DNA from: Macrostomum lignano
Lineage: Eukaryota
Length of the DNA: 64,000 nt
NCBI GenBank assembly: GCA_002269645.1
Contig: NIVC01001178.1
Coordinates: 1 to 64,000, forward strand
Direction: 5' to 3'
Part shown: positions 24,301 through 36,964 of the stretch, piece by piece
Layout of the letters: each line of letters opens with the position of its first letter
Position numbering within the stretch: position 1 is the first letter of the stretch
The notes under the pieces: model-generated
Seen by the model: the letters and a program-made list of their open reading frames with translations, nothing else
Told to the model about the DNA's origin: nothing
Database searches by the model: none
Position numbers and translations under genes: made by a program

Positions 24301-27300
24301 ATTCCGGTCTTGATGTGCATCTTTTGCTGAGGTTATTTGGGGGCTTTAGCACCAGGGGCTTTAGCACCAGGGACTTTAGCACCAGGGGCTTTAGCACCAG
24401 GGACTTTAGCACCAGGGGCGCGAGCACCAGGGGCGCCAGCACCAGGGGCTTTAGCACCAGGGACTTTAGCACCAGGGACTTTAGCACCAGGGACTTTAGC
24501 ACCAGGGGCTTTAGCACAAGGGGCTTTAGCACCAGGGACTTTAGCACCAGGGGCTTTAGCACCCGGGACTTTAGCACCAGGGACTTTAGCACCAGGGACT
24601 TTAGCACCAGGGACTTTAGCACCAGGGACTTTAGCACCAGGGGCTTTAGCACCAGGGGCTTTAGCACCAGGGACTTTAGCACCAGGGACTTTAGCACCAG
24701 GGGCTTTAGCACCAGGGACTTTAGCACCAGGGGCGCCAGCACCAGGGGCGCCAGCACCAGGGGCGCCAGCACCAGGGGCGCCAGCACCAGGGGCGCCAGC
24801 ACCAGGGGCTTTAGCCAACCTACTTCAAACCACACGCTTACACTCACTACTCACCTAAAGTAGGCAAACATGCACACTTTCGGATTGTCGTATGGCAGCT
24901 GGTCAATCGGCCAGCCATTTAGGGTTGTTATCTCGCGAAGGAAGCTGATATGCTCTGGCTCGTCCTCGGATTCCAGATTCATAAATATGTCGATAAAGTC
25001 TTCGCGACTCACGGCGAGCAGTTCCACCTCGTCTTTGCAATAAACGGTTGCGCTGCGTTTTCCGCCGTAGAGAAGCGCCAGCTCCTGGTTGAGTTGCGTC
25101 AGGTTTTACGTTGATGCAGCTGTCTGCGATCTAAGCTGAGAAATTTTTACATCTATCTGAGATCTATCCAAGATCTATCTAAGATGTATATGGGATCGAT
25201 CTACAATCTCTCTGAGAAATCTTGAAGATATATCGATTTTATGCTGGGGGGGGGACAAAGTACATGTACTTTCAACATGTACATGTACATGAGTAAGTTC
25301 CTAAATTCCTAAATTCCAGTATTTTGAGAATCGGTGTTGTCTGCGCTCATTTTGGCGTCGCAGGCACTCATCTTAGCGCTGCAGGCACTCATTTTAGCGC
25401 CGCAGGCACTCATCATAGCGCCGCAGGCACTCATCATAGCGACACAGGCACTCATCTTAGCGCCGCAGGCACTCATCTTAGCGCCGCAGGCACTCATTTT
25501 AGCGCCGCAGCAGGAACTCATCTTAGCGCCGCAGCCACTCATCATAGCGCCGCAGCAGGAACTCATCATAGCGCCGCAGGCACTCATCTTAGCGCCGCAG
25601 GCACTCATTTTAGCGCCGCAGGCACTCATCTTAGCGCCGCAGGCACTCATTTTAGCGCCGCAGGCACTCATCATAGCACCGCAGGCACTCATCATAGCAC
25701 CGCAGGCACTCATCTTAGCGCCACAGGCACTCATTTTAGCGCCGCAGGCACTCATTTTAGCGCCACAGGCACTCATTTTAGCGCCGCAGGCACTCATTTT
25801 AGCGCCACAGGCACTTATTTTAGCGCCGCAGGCACTCATTTTAGCGCCACAGGCACTCATCTTAGCGCCGCAGGCACTCATCTTAGCGCCGCAGCCACTT
25901 TTTTGGCGCCCTGAAGATAAATCATTGATTTTCATAACGGGTCACAAGGTGGAATGGGGTGGACAAAGCATAGGCATGTCCCCCATAGCTTTTACTGGGG
26001 GGACACTTGTCCCCTGTCCTCCCGGTGGCAACACGCCCCAGCTAAAATCTATTTAAATGTATGAAAATCTATCTAAGATCTATCCTAAATCTATTTACGA
26101 TGCATGTAAGATGTGTCCAAAAACTAGCAAAAACGACTTACGCCGAAACTTTCGCCTTTTCTAAGAAATGCCACAGTTTTATTGAACGGTTCGCCTGTTG
26201 GCTTCTTGAGAGCGACAGACACCGCGGCTGAAATATTTGATTTATTAATATCGGTTGCTGTGGAAACACACAACATTAAATACGAGCGTATTATCAAATA
26301 AACTTACTCGTTCCGGATATTATGAAATAAAAGTTAAGAGCGTTGTGTCCTTGACGAATGATGACCTGATTTGCGTTGAACCTGCAAGTAGGGGAAGTTC
26401 GAATTTTTTGTGCAACCGACAGCTCAGCCGCAGCTATTGCGCGGCGCATCTGAAAGCTGCGTACGGCTGTTCAGTCCAAGGACTGGGGAGGGGGGGGGTC
26501 GCCACACGCACCCTCAATTACCCCAGCTAATGCTGGCACCCATTTTACAGCTGGGTGAACTGAAGCAGTGCAGAGTTAAGTGACCTGCTTGAGGACACAA
26601 ATTTGTTGTGGATGTACATGTAATGTAACTCCGGTCTTAATGCGCATTTTTTGCTGAGGTTCTTCACATGGGCTTTAGCACCAGAGGCTTTAGCACCAGG
26701 GGAGCCAGCACTAGGGGCTTTAGCACCAAGGGCTTTAGCACCAGGGGCTTTAGCACCAGGGGCTTTAGCACCAGGGGCTTTAGCACCAGGGGCTTTAGCA
26801 CCAGGGGCTTTAGCACCAGGGGCTTCAGCACCAGGGACTTCAGCACCAGGGGAGCCAGCACCAGAGGCTTTAGCACCAGGGGAGCCAGCACTAGGGGCTT
26901 TAGCACCAAGGGCTTTAGCACCAGGGGCTTTAGCACCAGGGGCTTCAGCACCAGGGGCTTTAGCACCAGGGGAGCCAGCACTAGGGGCTTTAGCACCAGG
27001 GGCTTTAGCACCAGGGGCTTTAGCACCAGGGGCTTCAGCACCAGGGGCTTTAGCACCAGGGGAGCCAGCACTAGGGGCTTTAGCACCAGGGGCTTTAGCA
27101 CCAGGGGCTTTAGCACCAGGGGCTTTAGCACCAGGGGCTTTAGCACCAGGGGCTTTAGCACCAGGGGCTTTAGCACCAGGGGCTTTAGCACCAGGGACTT
27201 CAGCACCAGGGGCTTGTTCCAGGGATATTGTTCCAGTGGGGTCGGGAGTCCGACGCTCTAACCACTTGGCTGCAACCTCCTAGGCTTCTGAAGTACTAAT

Positions 27301-29792
27301 AAAAATAAACGAAAATGAAACTCACTTCTCATACCAGCCCACTTTGACTAGGGACTGCTTCATATTGGTTGGAAACTCCGAGAATGCTTCAACTGCAGTC
27401 TGCAGACTGACCATGGCGGTGTGCAGCATCTCCTTGGTGCGCAGGAACGGATGCAGACGGAGAATCTCCTGAGCCTCGGGGCTGAGCGTCATCTCTTTCT
27501 TAGCCTTGTAGTAGGACAGCTGGAAGTTCAGCTCATCGCTTTGGGAGTCTTGGGCCAAGCTGCTGGCGATGTCTGAGAATGTCATCATGCGCTGCTGGTT
27601 CTTGCGAGTCTGCTCTCTGCAAAGATGTTTAGTTCCAATTGAAATTCGCCCTATTTATGAGTACCTAGCAATCAGTTTTGTCTGATCAGTTCTATCTTCG
27701 CCAAATTTTTTTTCACGGAAAGTCAAGACAAGGTCGTCGTTGAGACAAATTAACAAGTAGGCAGATCCAACATGTAGGTAAAATTTACTGATTCATATCC
27801 AGGGGCGTCGCCATGGATTTTATGGTGGGGGGACAAAGCCAAGAATTCTACATGGACATTATTTTCTGAATCGGTGTTGTCGGCGATCATTTTGGCGCTG
27901 CAGGCACTCATTTTAGCGCCGCAGGCACTCATTTTAGCGCCGCAGGCACTCATTTTAGCGACGCAGGCACTCATTTTAGCACCGCAGGCACTCATTTTAG
28001 CACCGCAGGCACTCGGTTTAGCACCGCAGGCACTCATTTTAGCTCCGTAGGCACTCATTTTAGCGCCGCAGGCACTCATTTTAGCGACGCAGGCACTCAT
28101 TTTAGCACCGCAGGCACTCAGTTTAGCACCGCAGGCACTCATTTTAGCACCGCAGGCACTCAGTTTAGCACCGCAGGCACTCATTTTAGCACCGCAGGCA
28201 CTCAGTTTAGCACCGCAGGCACTCATTTTAGCACCGCAGGCACTCATTTTAGCACCGCAGGCACTCAATTTAGCTCCGCAGGCACTCATTTTAGCACCGC
28301 AGGCACTCAATTTAGCTCCGTAGGCACTCATTTTAGCGCCGCAGGCACTCATTTTAGCACTCATTTTAGCGCCGCAGGCACTCATTTTAGCACTCATTTT
28401 AGCGCCGCAGGCACTCATTTTAGCGCCGCAGGCACTCATTTTAGCACTCATTTTAGCGCCGCAGGCACTCATAAGAGAATACCATCATAGTCACTGATCT
28501 ACTCACTCCTTTGTTGTGCAAGCCTTGATGAGAAGGTTCACCGTCTTCACTGCTCGTCGCATCCGGTTCAGCGGCTGCAGAAGAGAGTAAATGCCGAATT
28601 TCAAACTGCTACGCGAATTCAGAATCGGTGTGCAACAAAAACTTACCGTCATGTTTTTGTACTTCTTCTTGTGCTGGTGCAGCTGCTTGGCCGCCTGTCG
28701 GAGCGACTCGCGCGACAAGTCGATTGGCGCGCCGAAGGCGGGAGCTCCAACATCGGCAGCGGAGTCCTGCCCGACTTCCTCTTCCTCATCTGGAGCCGGT
28801 TTGTCTTTCTCGCCCAGGAAGGAGAAAGTGGAAATCTCCGTACCTTCATTGTCCTCGATTTTCCTTGTGAAATCCGCCATCGCCATCTTCAGCCCCGGCT
28901 TCTTGCCGCCGGCCGGACCTGCCGTCGCCTGCGGCTTCTCAACGCCCGCTCGCTGCGCGGTGACCATCTCTAAGCAGCTGCGGCAGCTGGAGCCGGAGTC
29001 CGAGTCTTCGGCGCCTTCATCCGTTGCCGCTGGTTTGCTCTCGGCTGCTTCAGCAGTGGGGGATGCCGCACTCGACTGCGGCTGGTCGGAGTTTCTGCGA
29101 GCTGCCGCTTTCTCGCTGGCGCTGACTTCGTCGCCGCTGTCAAGAGCCTCGTCGCCGAATGAGGACCCGGAGATGTTGCCGCCGACGCCGCCGCCTGTCA
29201 CCGCCAGCAGCTGCATGCCGGTCGCGGAGCCCCTGGCTGACGATGCGTTCGCCGTCTGCATTCTCAGTCGAGCTCTGGCGCTCTTGGCCTGGAAGTTTCG
29301 CGCTGCCCGGGCCGCCAGGATGCGCTGAAACTCCAGAGCCGACTGCGGACGCTGCTGCTGCAGAGGTCGCTGGAAGAACGGAGCCTCGGCCTCGGCTGTG
29401 GCCGCTCGCACCCGCTCGAGGCGTTGCAGCGTCTCCGAGCTGGTGACCAGTCGCGAGAACAGGCGTCTCTCGACGACACGCGCGCTCTGAGCCCGCTCGC
29501 GCGGGTCGCTCGGCTTGCCGTCTTCATTGTAGAAAATGGCCGGCGTCTCAGTTCTCGCAGCAGATGATGATGGCAGCAGAGGCGACTCTGCTCCGGACAA
29601 TGTCGTGCGATGAACCAAAGCGGTGCGCGGCCGCCTCCTGCGAGTCTCGCCAGCTCCAACCAGATGACAGTCTTCATTGCCGCTGTCGTCGCTGCTAGAA
29701 ACTCTGTTTGGTTTTGCTTGGCGGCGTTTGACAAACAGGCGTCGTTCGACGTGTCTTGGCCGACGAGTGGCCCGCGTTGCGATGGCGCTCAT
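21377..29792 (-). CDS. Cyclic-nucleotide-binding domain protein (CNBD2-like); exons 28647-29792, 28507-28574, 27326-27616, 26308-26381, 26142-26227, 24855-25084, 23756-24080, 22510-22653, 21377-21496
   Basis: All GT-AG junctions are phase-compatible; total 2484 nt (827 aa plus stop). cNMP motifs VIIRQGHNALNFYFIISG, FLRKGESFG|ELALLYGGKRSATV, plus a second degenerate domain (DTFGL...LVSMGAECILINKEFF). Confidence 0.85.
21709..22120. repeat. 15-bp minisatellite AGGGGCGCCAGCACC
   Basis: Tandem array in the last CNBD intron. Same family at 24345, 26670, 55870 and 56577. Confidence 0.95.
22212..22417. repeat. 14-bp minisatellite GTCACCTAGATAGT
   Basis: Near-perfect tandem array. Confidence 0.95.
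22755..23643. repeat. 23-bp minisatellite GTGTACAGTCT(G/C)AGTCATAGATT
   Basis: Fills a CNBD intron. Same family at 39700-40225. Confidence 0.95.
24345..24812. repeat. 15-bp minisatellite (GGGGCTTTAGCACCA / GGGACTTTAGCACCA / GGGGCGCCAGCACCA variants)
   Basis: Tandem array in a CNBD intron. Confidence 0.95.
25345..25895. repeat. 21-bp minisatellite GCAGGCACTCATTTTAGCGCC
   Basis: Tandem array. A second array at 27890-28470 shares its left flank. Confidence 0.95.
26411..26607 (-). mobile_element. 5'-truncated CORE-type SINE, family B, copy 3
   Basis: Reverse complement of the family B body, lacking the tRNA head. Confidence 0.8.
26670..27212. repeat. 15-bp minisatellite GGGGCTTTAGCACCA family
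   Basis: Tandem array in a CNBD intron. Confidence 0.95.
27890..28470. repeat. 21-bp minisatellite GCAGGCACTCATTTTAGC(G/A)CC
   Basis: Tandem array in a CNBD intron. Confidence 0.95.
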
Positions 29793-30704
29793 TGCGGCTC
29801 GTTGTTGCTAGAGAGAGCAGAGCCAGGTATTGTAGACAACAGCTCCTAAACAGCTCGTTGCCTGACCATCTTTTTATTAATCTCTCTATACGTTGCCTAC
29901 TCATGCCCTAACCCTTCCCTCTCCATCGCTTCGGTCTCAATTGCTTGTGCTGCTGTCTGTGGCTGTCTAAAATGCAACAAATGTTTTTCTGTTATTGTCT
30001 CTTTTCTTCTCTCCGGTAATTTTCTTGTGCGCAAGTAAGCGATCTAAATACTCGTAGCTTTGCTCCTTTAGACTGTGCCGGCAAGCTCGGGTTTACCTCA
30101 ATTTCCAACCCCTCTCTGCTCGGCGCTTTTTTTCTAAATAGAAATTAACCAACCCAACCCGTACTCAACTTTGAAGCACCGGCGGCGGGGTAATGTGGCG
30201 CTCACTATTCTAGCATTCCTAAAGCGTAGCAACGAGATGAATATGTTAGTATGAGCCTATTGTCTCACTATTGGCATGCATTTGCTGAAAAAACATCTCC
30301 ATTTCACTACTTCAATACCCTTTGAAAAGTAGTATAATGAAAAAAACGTTTTTAGCTACGATTCTACAACTAATTATAACTGCATGCGTTGTCAATGGCA
30401 ACCGTTGCACCTGCTTTCAATTTAATTGCTGCTGGCTTCCAGAAGCAGAGACAGAGACAGCAGTGTCACTTCAGCTGGCCTGACTCATGAGAGGTTCTCA
30501 GAGCATTTTAATTTACTCATATAAACTCTTTAATAATAACCGGTTCAGGAAAAGTTCCTTATTGAGCTGGGCCAGAAATTTTTGTCTTATCTATAGATTG
30601 ACAGGTGCAAAATGCAGGAAATTAGTCTGACCCTTCTGATACTTCTTACACGTACCTTAAATGTCAGTGAACACATAATGCTACATGTTATTCTCGTCCC
30701 ATTC

Positions 30705-31425
30705 ATCAGTAGGTACCTGACTCCCCAACATCAGTGGGTACCTGACTTCCAACCATCAGTGGGTACCTGACTCCCCAACACTCAGTGGGTACCTGCTGAC
30801 TCCCCAACACTCAGTGGGTACCTGACTCCACAACACTCAGTGGGTACCTGACTCCCCAACACTCAGTGGGTACCTGCTGACTCCCCAACACTCAGTGGGT
30901 ACCTGACTCCCCAACACTCAGTGGGTACCTGACTCCCCAACACTCAGTGGGTACCTGACTCCCCAACACTCAGTGGGTACCTGCTGACTCCCCAACACTC
31001 AGTGGGTACCTGCTGACTCCCCAACACTCAGTGGGTACCTGACTCCACAACACTCAGTGGGTACCTGACTCCCCAACACTCAGTGGGTACCTGCTGACTC
31101 CCAACTCTCAGTGGGTACCTGAATCCAAACTCTCAGTGGGTACCTGCTGACTCTCAACCATCAGTGGGTACCTGACTCCCCAACACTCAGTGGGTACCTG
31201 ACTCCACAACACTCAGTGGGTACCTGACTCCCCAACACTCAGTGGGTACCTGCTGACTCCCCAACACTCAGTGGGTACCTGCTGACTCCCCAACACTCAG
31301 TGGGTACCTGACTCCCCAACACTCAGTGGGTACCTGCTGACTCCCAACTCTCAGTGGGTACCTGACTCCAAACTCTCAGTGGGTACCTGCTGACTCTCAA
31401 CCATCAGTGGGTACCTGACTTCCAG
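30705..31425. repeat. About 26-29 bp minisatellite CAGTGGGTACCTG(CTG)ACTCCCCAACACT
   Basis: Tandem array between the divergent CNBD and tetraspanin genes. Confidence 0.92.
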
Positions 31426-31809
31426 TGACACCTCTACAGTAACCTTCCTTGCTCACCAAAGAAGGTTGCAATGCATTTGAAAATTTATTAAACTCAACAT
31501 GAAATCATGGGATTTAGCTCACTCTATATCTTTCTGTCTATGCGTAACCCTGAAACTCAAAAAAATCAAAATAGACTTTGTAAATCAAACACAGACAGGT
31601 AGTCCATTAAGCGATCCCCAGGGGCTTAAAGGGCTTGACTTTTTCACCATTCTGTAGTTGGGCATTACCGCATTAACCACTCACTACAACTGACGGAGTA
31701 ATTTTAGACTCAATTATATATATAGCTAGACATTGTCTTTGAGAACCGATTCAAGCTACAGATCAAGACTGTCTAACCTGGCAGATTTTACAGGTCTCTC
31801 TTAACAGAC

Positions 31810-33320
31810 ATGACACTTCCTCGAAGGCGATGCAGCAGGGCCTCTCGAGCCAGCCTTCGCAGCGCCGCAAAGGCCGCGGCAATGGCCCTGAACACCACTG
31901 CGGCGTTCTTTGCCGTGGTGGTTCTGTCAGCTGGTGCCCTGGTTGGCAGCTCGGATCCCAGCACAGTGACGGCGCACATCTGGACGAAGGTGAAGCAGCT
32001 GCCGAAGTGAGTTGACTGGGAGTGAGCACAGGTGACAACTCGGGTTTAAGAAGCTCCAGAGAGTGACAACTCGGGTTTAAGAAGCTCCAGAGAGTGACAA
32101 CTCGGGTTTAAGAAGCTCCAGAGAGTGACAACTCGAGTGTAAGAAGCTCCAGAGAGTGCTAACTTGGGTTTAAGAATCTCCAGAGAGTGCCAACTTGGGT
32201 TTAAGAGGCTCCAGAGTGTTTCAACTCGGGTTTAAGGGGCTCCAGAGAGTGACAACTCGGGTTTAAGAAGCTTCAGCGAGTGACAACTCGGGTTTAAGAG
32301 GCTCCAGAGAGTGACAACTCGGGTTTAAGAAGCTTCAGAGAGTGACAACTCGGGTTTAAGAAGCTTCAGAGAGTGACAACTCGGGTTTAAGAAGCTTCAG
32401 AGAGTGACAACTCGGGTTTAAGAGGCTCCAGAGAGTGACAACTCGGGTTTAAGAAGCTTCAGAGAGTGAAAACTCGGTTTGAGAAGCTGAGGAAGTGACT
32501 AAGCAAGGGTTCAAGACTCTGGGAGTACCGAATTGGGTTTTAAAAACTCATGGGTGGATGAGTTATTAAAATGTTCAAAAATTGCCGCTAAAAGCCGGCT
32601 CCATTAAACGAATTCCTTCATCACACCAACAGATACTCGGTCTACAGCGGACTGCACTTCACCGCCGACACAGCCTATCACACCTGCTTCTCCCTGCCGG
32701 CCAACAGCCTCGCCCTATTGGGCTTCGGCGGCCTCGTGCTGTCCTGCTCGGCGGTGGCCGCGGCCGCTTGCGGAAGTCGTCGAGCTCTGCAAGCTCACTC
32801 GCTGGCCTCAGCTGTCTGCCTGCTGGCTCTGCTGGGCCTTCTCGTTGCTTTATTCGCCACAGACTTGCAGAGTCGAGCTCGGAGCAGCTTGCAAATCGAG
32901 GTGCTCAGTTGGACAGCCGCTTACACGGCTGGCGGATCGTCTGCAGTCGTCAACTCCACGACCGCGCCATTCGGCAGCGCCCTGCTGGACTATCTGCAGA
33001 TGACTCAGAAGTGCTGCGGGTGGACCAACCATTCAGACTATCCAGCTAGCGTTGTTGTGCCCGTTACCTGCTGCCAGCTCGATCCGGACCTGATGATACC
33101 TACTACGGTTGCCTGTCAGCTCGGCACCAATTCTACTCACGGCTGGTACAATACCGGCTGCAGTAAGCTGTTTGACGATCTGCTGGTTCGGTACCTACCG
33201 CAGGCGGTCGCCGCTGCCGCCATGCTGCTGATATCCTCGTTGCTGGTTGGCCTCATGGCCTGCCTGACGGTGGCTAGTCGGGACTTTGTGCGAGAGCTTC
33301 GTGAGGCGGCACTGGAGTGA
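31810..33320 (+). CDS. Tetraspanin-family protein; exons 31810-32006 and 32648-33320 (289 aa)
   Basis: Four hydrophobic segments. Large extracellular loop with QKCCG, DY, TCC and GC motifs. Phase-2 junction AA|gtgagt ... tctacag|C. Confidence 0.85.
32033..32490. repeat. 31-bp minisatellite GTGACAACTCGGGTTTAAGAAGCTCCAGAGA
   Basis: Fills the tetraspanin intron. Confidence 0.93.
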
Positions 33321-33543
33321 AGAGGACTGTCCAGTTACAGACACAGATGCTGCAGATGGAGACAGAGAATTCACTTGGTAGCGGAACCCAGACTTTTATA
33401 TAAATGTTGAACTGCAGTGAACGACTCATTGTAGATTTATAGGTGATAGCGTCACTGCGTGACTAATTGTTGATGACCAGGTAATCATGTGTCTTATTAT
33501 AGATCACATGTGATCGTGCACATTGTGAATCACATGTGATCAC

Positions 33544-33730
33544 GTGACTCATTGTGGATCACATAGGATCGTGCGTGACTCATTGTGGATCACATAGGAT
33601 CGTGCGTGACTCATTGTGGATCACATAGGATCGTGCGTGACTCATTGTGGATCACATAGGATCGTGCATGACTCATTGTGGGTCACATAGGATCGTGCGT
33701 GACTCATTGTGGATCACATAGGATCGTTGT
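33544..33730. repeat. 31-bp minisatellite GTGACTCATTGTGGATCACATAGGATCGTGC
   Basis: Tandem array 3' of the tetraspanin. Confidence 0.9.
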
Positions 33731-34594
33731 GGCTCATTGTAAATCACAAGTGATCATGTGACTCATTATTGGTCACAGCTAGAGGATCGTGACAAATTAT
33801 GAATCATAGGTGATCATATGGCTCATTGTGGATCACAGGTGGATCATGCAACTAATGATAGATGACAGTCTATAACAAATCGGGCTCGCGAAAATTTATA
33901 GAAAACATGTGTTTAATTGATGTGTCATAAAATTTGATATTTTTTGTTTCTTGCAACTCTAATTTTAATACTTTGTATGAAATTTGTAAATCGCTAGCCC
34001 AAAAATTCAAACAAAATTTTCTGACGATGCTACTTATACTAAATATAATAGTAGCATTATAAATACATTTAAAACTGTATTCCTCATAAAAATCTTACAA
34101 AACTATCGGCTTTGCTCACCCAGCCTTTTCAAACATTTATCTCCGAGTTTGAAACGAAACGCATGTGCTATCTAAGTACTATCTAAGATCGAGTGTACTA
34201 AACCAAAGTTCTCCACAATCTTACTCAAAATACACGGCCACTAGCTTGAGCATTGCTCAAGTAAAAAGATAGAAAGTCAAATCGAAGCGAGTGTGTGCTT
34301 CTATTAAATTAATGCAATTCCAACCAACTATATGCGGCATTTATCGAGCAAAAGAACTGCAGAATTTCCAAACACCAATATTTTCACAAATAAGAAATAA
34401 TTCATTGCGCCATTCAGCATTGAAGCGAATAGATAGATTGGTTATTAATGTGATAAAACAATGAAAAAAGGTACTATGAAGCGAAATAGACTTGATCAGT
34501 TACTCGGGAGAACTACAATACAGATAGTATGAAGGCCACGGTTAATGTGCGGTCAAGATATTGAATTAGCAATACGTAAAGATTGATTACTGAC

Positions 34595-35980
34595 TCAAGC
34601 GGTCTCAGTAACGGCCTGAGCAGCAGCAACTAGATCAGCCTCCTTCTTGGTTTCCTGATGATGCTGACAGCAGGCCGTCTTCAGCTTGTCTTTTATACCA
34701 CGGACCAGATCCTCCTCCTCAGTGGTGGTCTCGTGCGCGTGCTGCACCAGCATCTCGTTGCCGCGGGTGACGCCCCAGTTGTCCGGCTTGCTCATGGCGG
34801 ACGAGTACGGCCGACCGCTGGCCGGGTTGAGGTTCTCCCAGTACTCACGGTTGGCCCGGGCTCGAACCCACGGCTTCGTGTGCATCTTGAGGCCGCCGCC
34901 CCAGACAACGTGCTTCTCAGAGCCGGCTGGGAATCGCCCCCGCTCGGCGGCGAGCTCCTCTGCAACGGCGCGGATGTGGTAGGGCTCGAAGCCGCAGCAG
35001 CCGCCGATGAAGCGGACACCAAGGTCGTAGGCCTCCCTGGCGTAGCGGTGCATGTCCCAGCGGTTGCAGATCCTACTCTCCAGAGCGAATGGGAACTCGG
35101 GCAGGTCAATGAAGCCCTGCTTCCCAGCATCCGGAGTCATGTAGGCCAACGGCTGGCACATCAGGTAGGCCTTGAGATTCTCGCGTTCCAGAGCTTCCTT
35201 CATCAGCTTGATCGCTTCCAGGCTGACGAACGGATCGTAGTGGCAGTTGACGCCCACGATTTTGGCACCAGCGCGAGCCATACGGATGGCACAGTGGCCC
35301 GCGGAGTTGCCGTGCATGTCGCCTTGCGGTCCGATGCACATGCTGCAGGCCACGGGCAGTCCGGTCTCCAGCCCGACCTCGATGGCCCACTCCGCCTCTT
35401 CGACGTGCTCAAAGTACTCACACAGAATGAAGTCGACACCTTCGTCTTTGAAAGCGCGCATCTGGCCTCGGAAAATCTCCTTGGTGTCCTCCTTGCTGGC
35501 GCCGCTCAGGTAAGTCGGGGTCTGGCAGACACCGCCGAGGAACAGGGCGCCGCCCTCCTGGGCCACCTCGCGGGCCACCCGACAAGCGGCAGCGTTGATG
35601 TTTGTGCACTGGCAAAATTAAAAATGAAATTTCGGTATTCCAACGCTCACGAGAGGATTGCTGAGATGGCAAGGTTCAAGTGGGATGCTGGTGTCTTCTG
35701 CACTTACCCCGAATTTCTGCGATGCAGTGTTGCCCCGGTTGGAAAGCTTGTCATCGCTGGCGTAGAAGGTGAACGCCTGCATCACATCAGAGCCGGCTCT
35801 GAGAAACTCGCGATGAAGCTGACGCACAGCTTCCGGATGCTCGACCACCGCTTCCGGTGTCCACGGCCCCGCCTTGACGTAGCCGCGCTTCTCCAGGGCG
35901 AACACGAAGCCGCCGTCTCCGATGACAACCTCGCCGTTGTCAAGCCGCTCCATAATGCCGCGTCGCTCGATGGTGCCCAT
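34595..35980 (-). CDS. BHMT: Betaine-homocysteine S-methyltransferase, copy 1; exons 35708-35980 and 34595-35608 (428 aa)
   Basis: [61 protein letters not shown] (zinc cysteines), [10 protein letters not shown]. Single 99-nt GT-AG intron. Confidence 0.97.
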
Positions 35981-36964
35981 GGCTGCCGTTGGTAGAATTC
36001 TGCTAGAGAATGCTTCGTGGAAATTGGAAATTGCTTCTTCTTTCCAAGCTTTTGGTTATGGAATTTTTAGAGCGCGTTGGAATTTTCCTATTTATAGACG
36101 CGGTCATTTCCGGCGACCTTGGCGGCTGGGGGTGGGGAAACCCCCGATTAAAAGCCGGTTTTTGCCGAAACCGGTCCAGTGACATTCCAGACCGGCAACC
36201 GGTTTTGCCTTTCCAGGACGATCTGATAATTATTGCGAAATCGCGTGCACCAAGGTCGCAGATGCGTTGCTGTTTTTGTCACACCGCCCGGTTGGGTTGG
36301 GCAGGCGTTCTGGATTGGCCAGCTATTTCTATTGAGAAAAGGCTCAGGCGGAGAGGTCACGAGAGTCACGTGATTGCAAGAGGCAGCTAAAATCGAGGGG
36401 TGGAGCTCGGAAGAGGCGAAACTTGAAGTTGCAAATAAAGTTCTGTCGGATTGTTAATTCAGACAGTAGAAAATGTCACGTGACTTAATGTACGTTGAAA
36501 TAGGCTACGCCCTTATCAGCAGTTTCTTGTCTCTCGAACAGTAACTTAGTTTATTTGTCAACAAAGGTAGTTAAACCTGGTTAGAACCAGTTAAAGCCAC
36601 TTGTGTTCTCGCAATTACGAAACTTTTGCTAAATTGGAATTTTCCTTAAAACATAAAATATCATTTTCATTCAACTGGAAAATCTACCGAGGTTAGAAAA
36701 TTCCGCTTGAATTGTTTTCTTCTATAGGAAATTTCTGCAGCCTTCATCTGAGCCTGTCCTGCAGCCAAGAGCCAAGAGGTCAAGATGCTTAGTTGTTCGA
36801 AGATTAACAAATCTTTAGCTTGGGCGACTAAGGCTGGAAGATTAACATCTTCTTGGCCTGCATCTGTCAGGTGAGAATATTGAGAATTATGAATTTCGAT
36901 TTTATGCCTCTCTTTTAAAGTTTGTGTCATAAATTTGTAGTTAGGGTAGTGTGCAGCAGTGTGT

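Noticed and set aside
21543-28472. Long repetitive ORFs (GRQHQ, GAST, WCWRP, APGA, SACGAKM and similar)
   Set aside because: They are translations of 15- and 21-bp intronic minisatellites, open in several frames on both strands; the real exons splice around them.
30705-33730. Regular 26-31 bp repeats as CRISPR arrays
   Set aside because: The units are head-to-tail with no unique spacers, there are no cas genes, and the context is eukaryotic.
34658-35995. 445-aa plus-strand ORF and other long antisense ORFs over GC-rich exons (2543, 28591, 45387)
   Set aside because: They are shadow frames opposite well-conserved genes, with no recognisable motifs.
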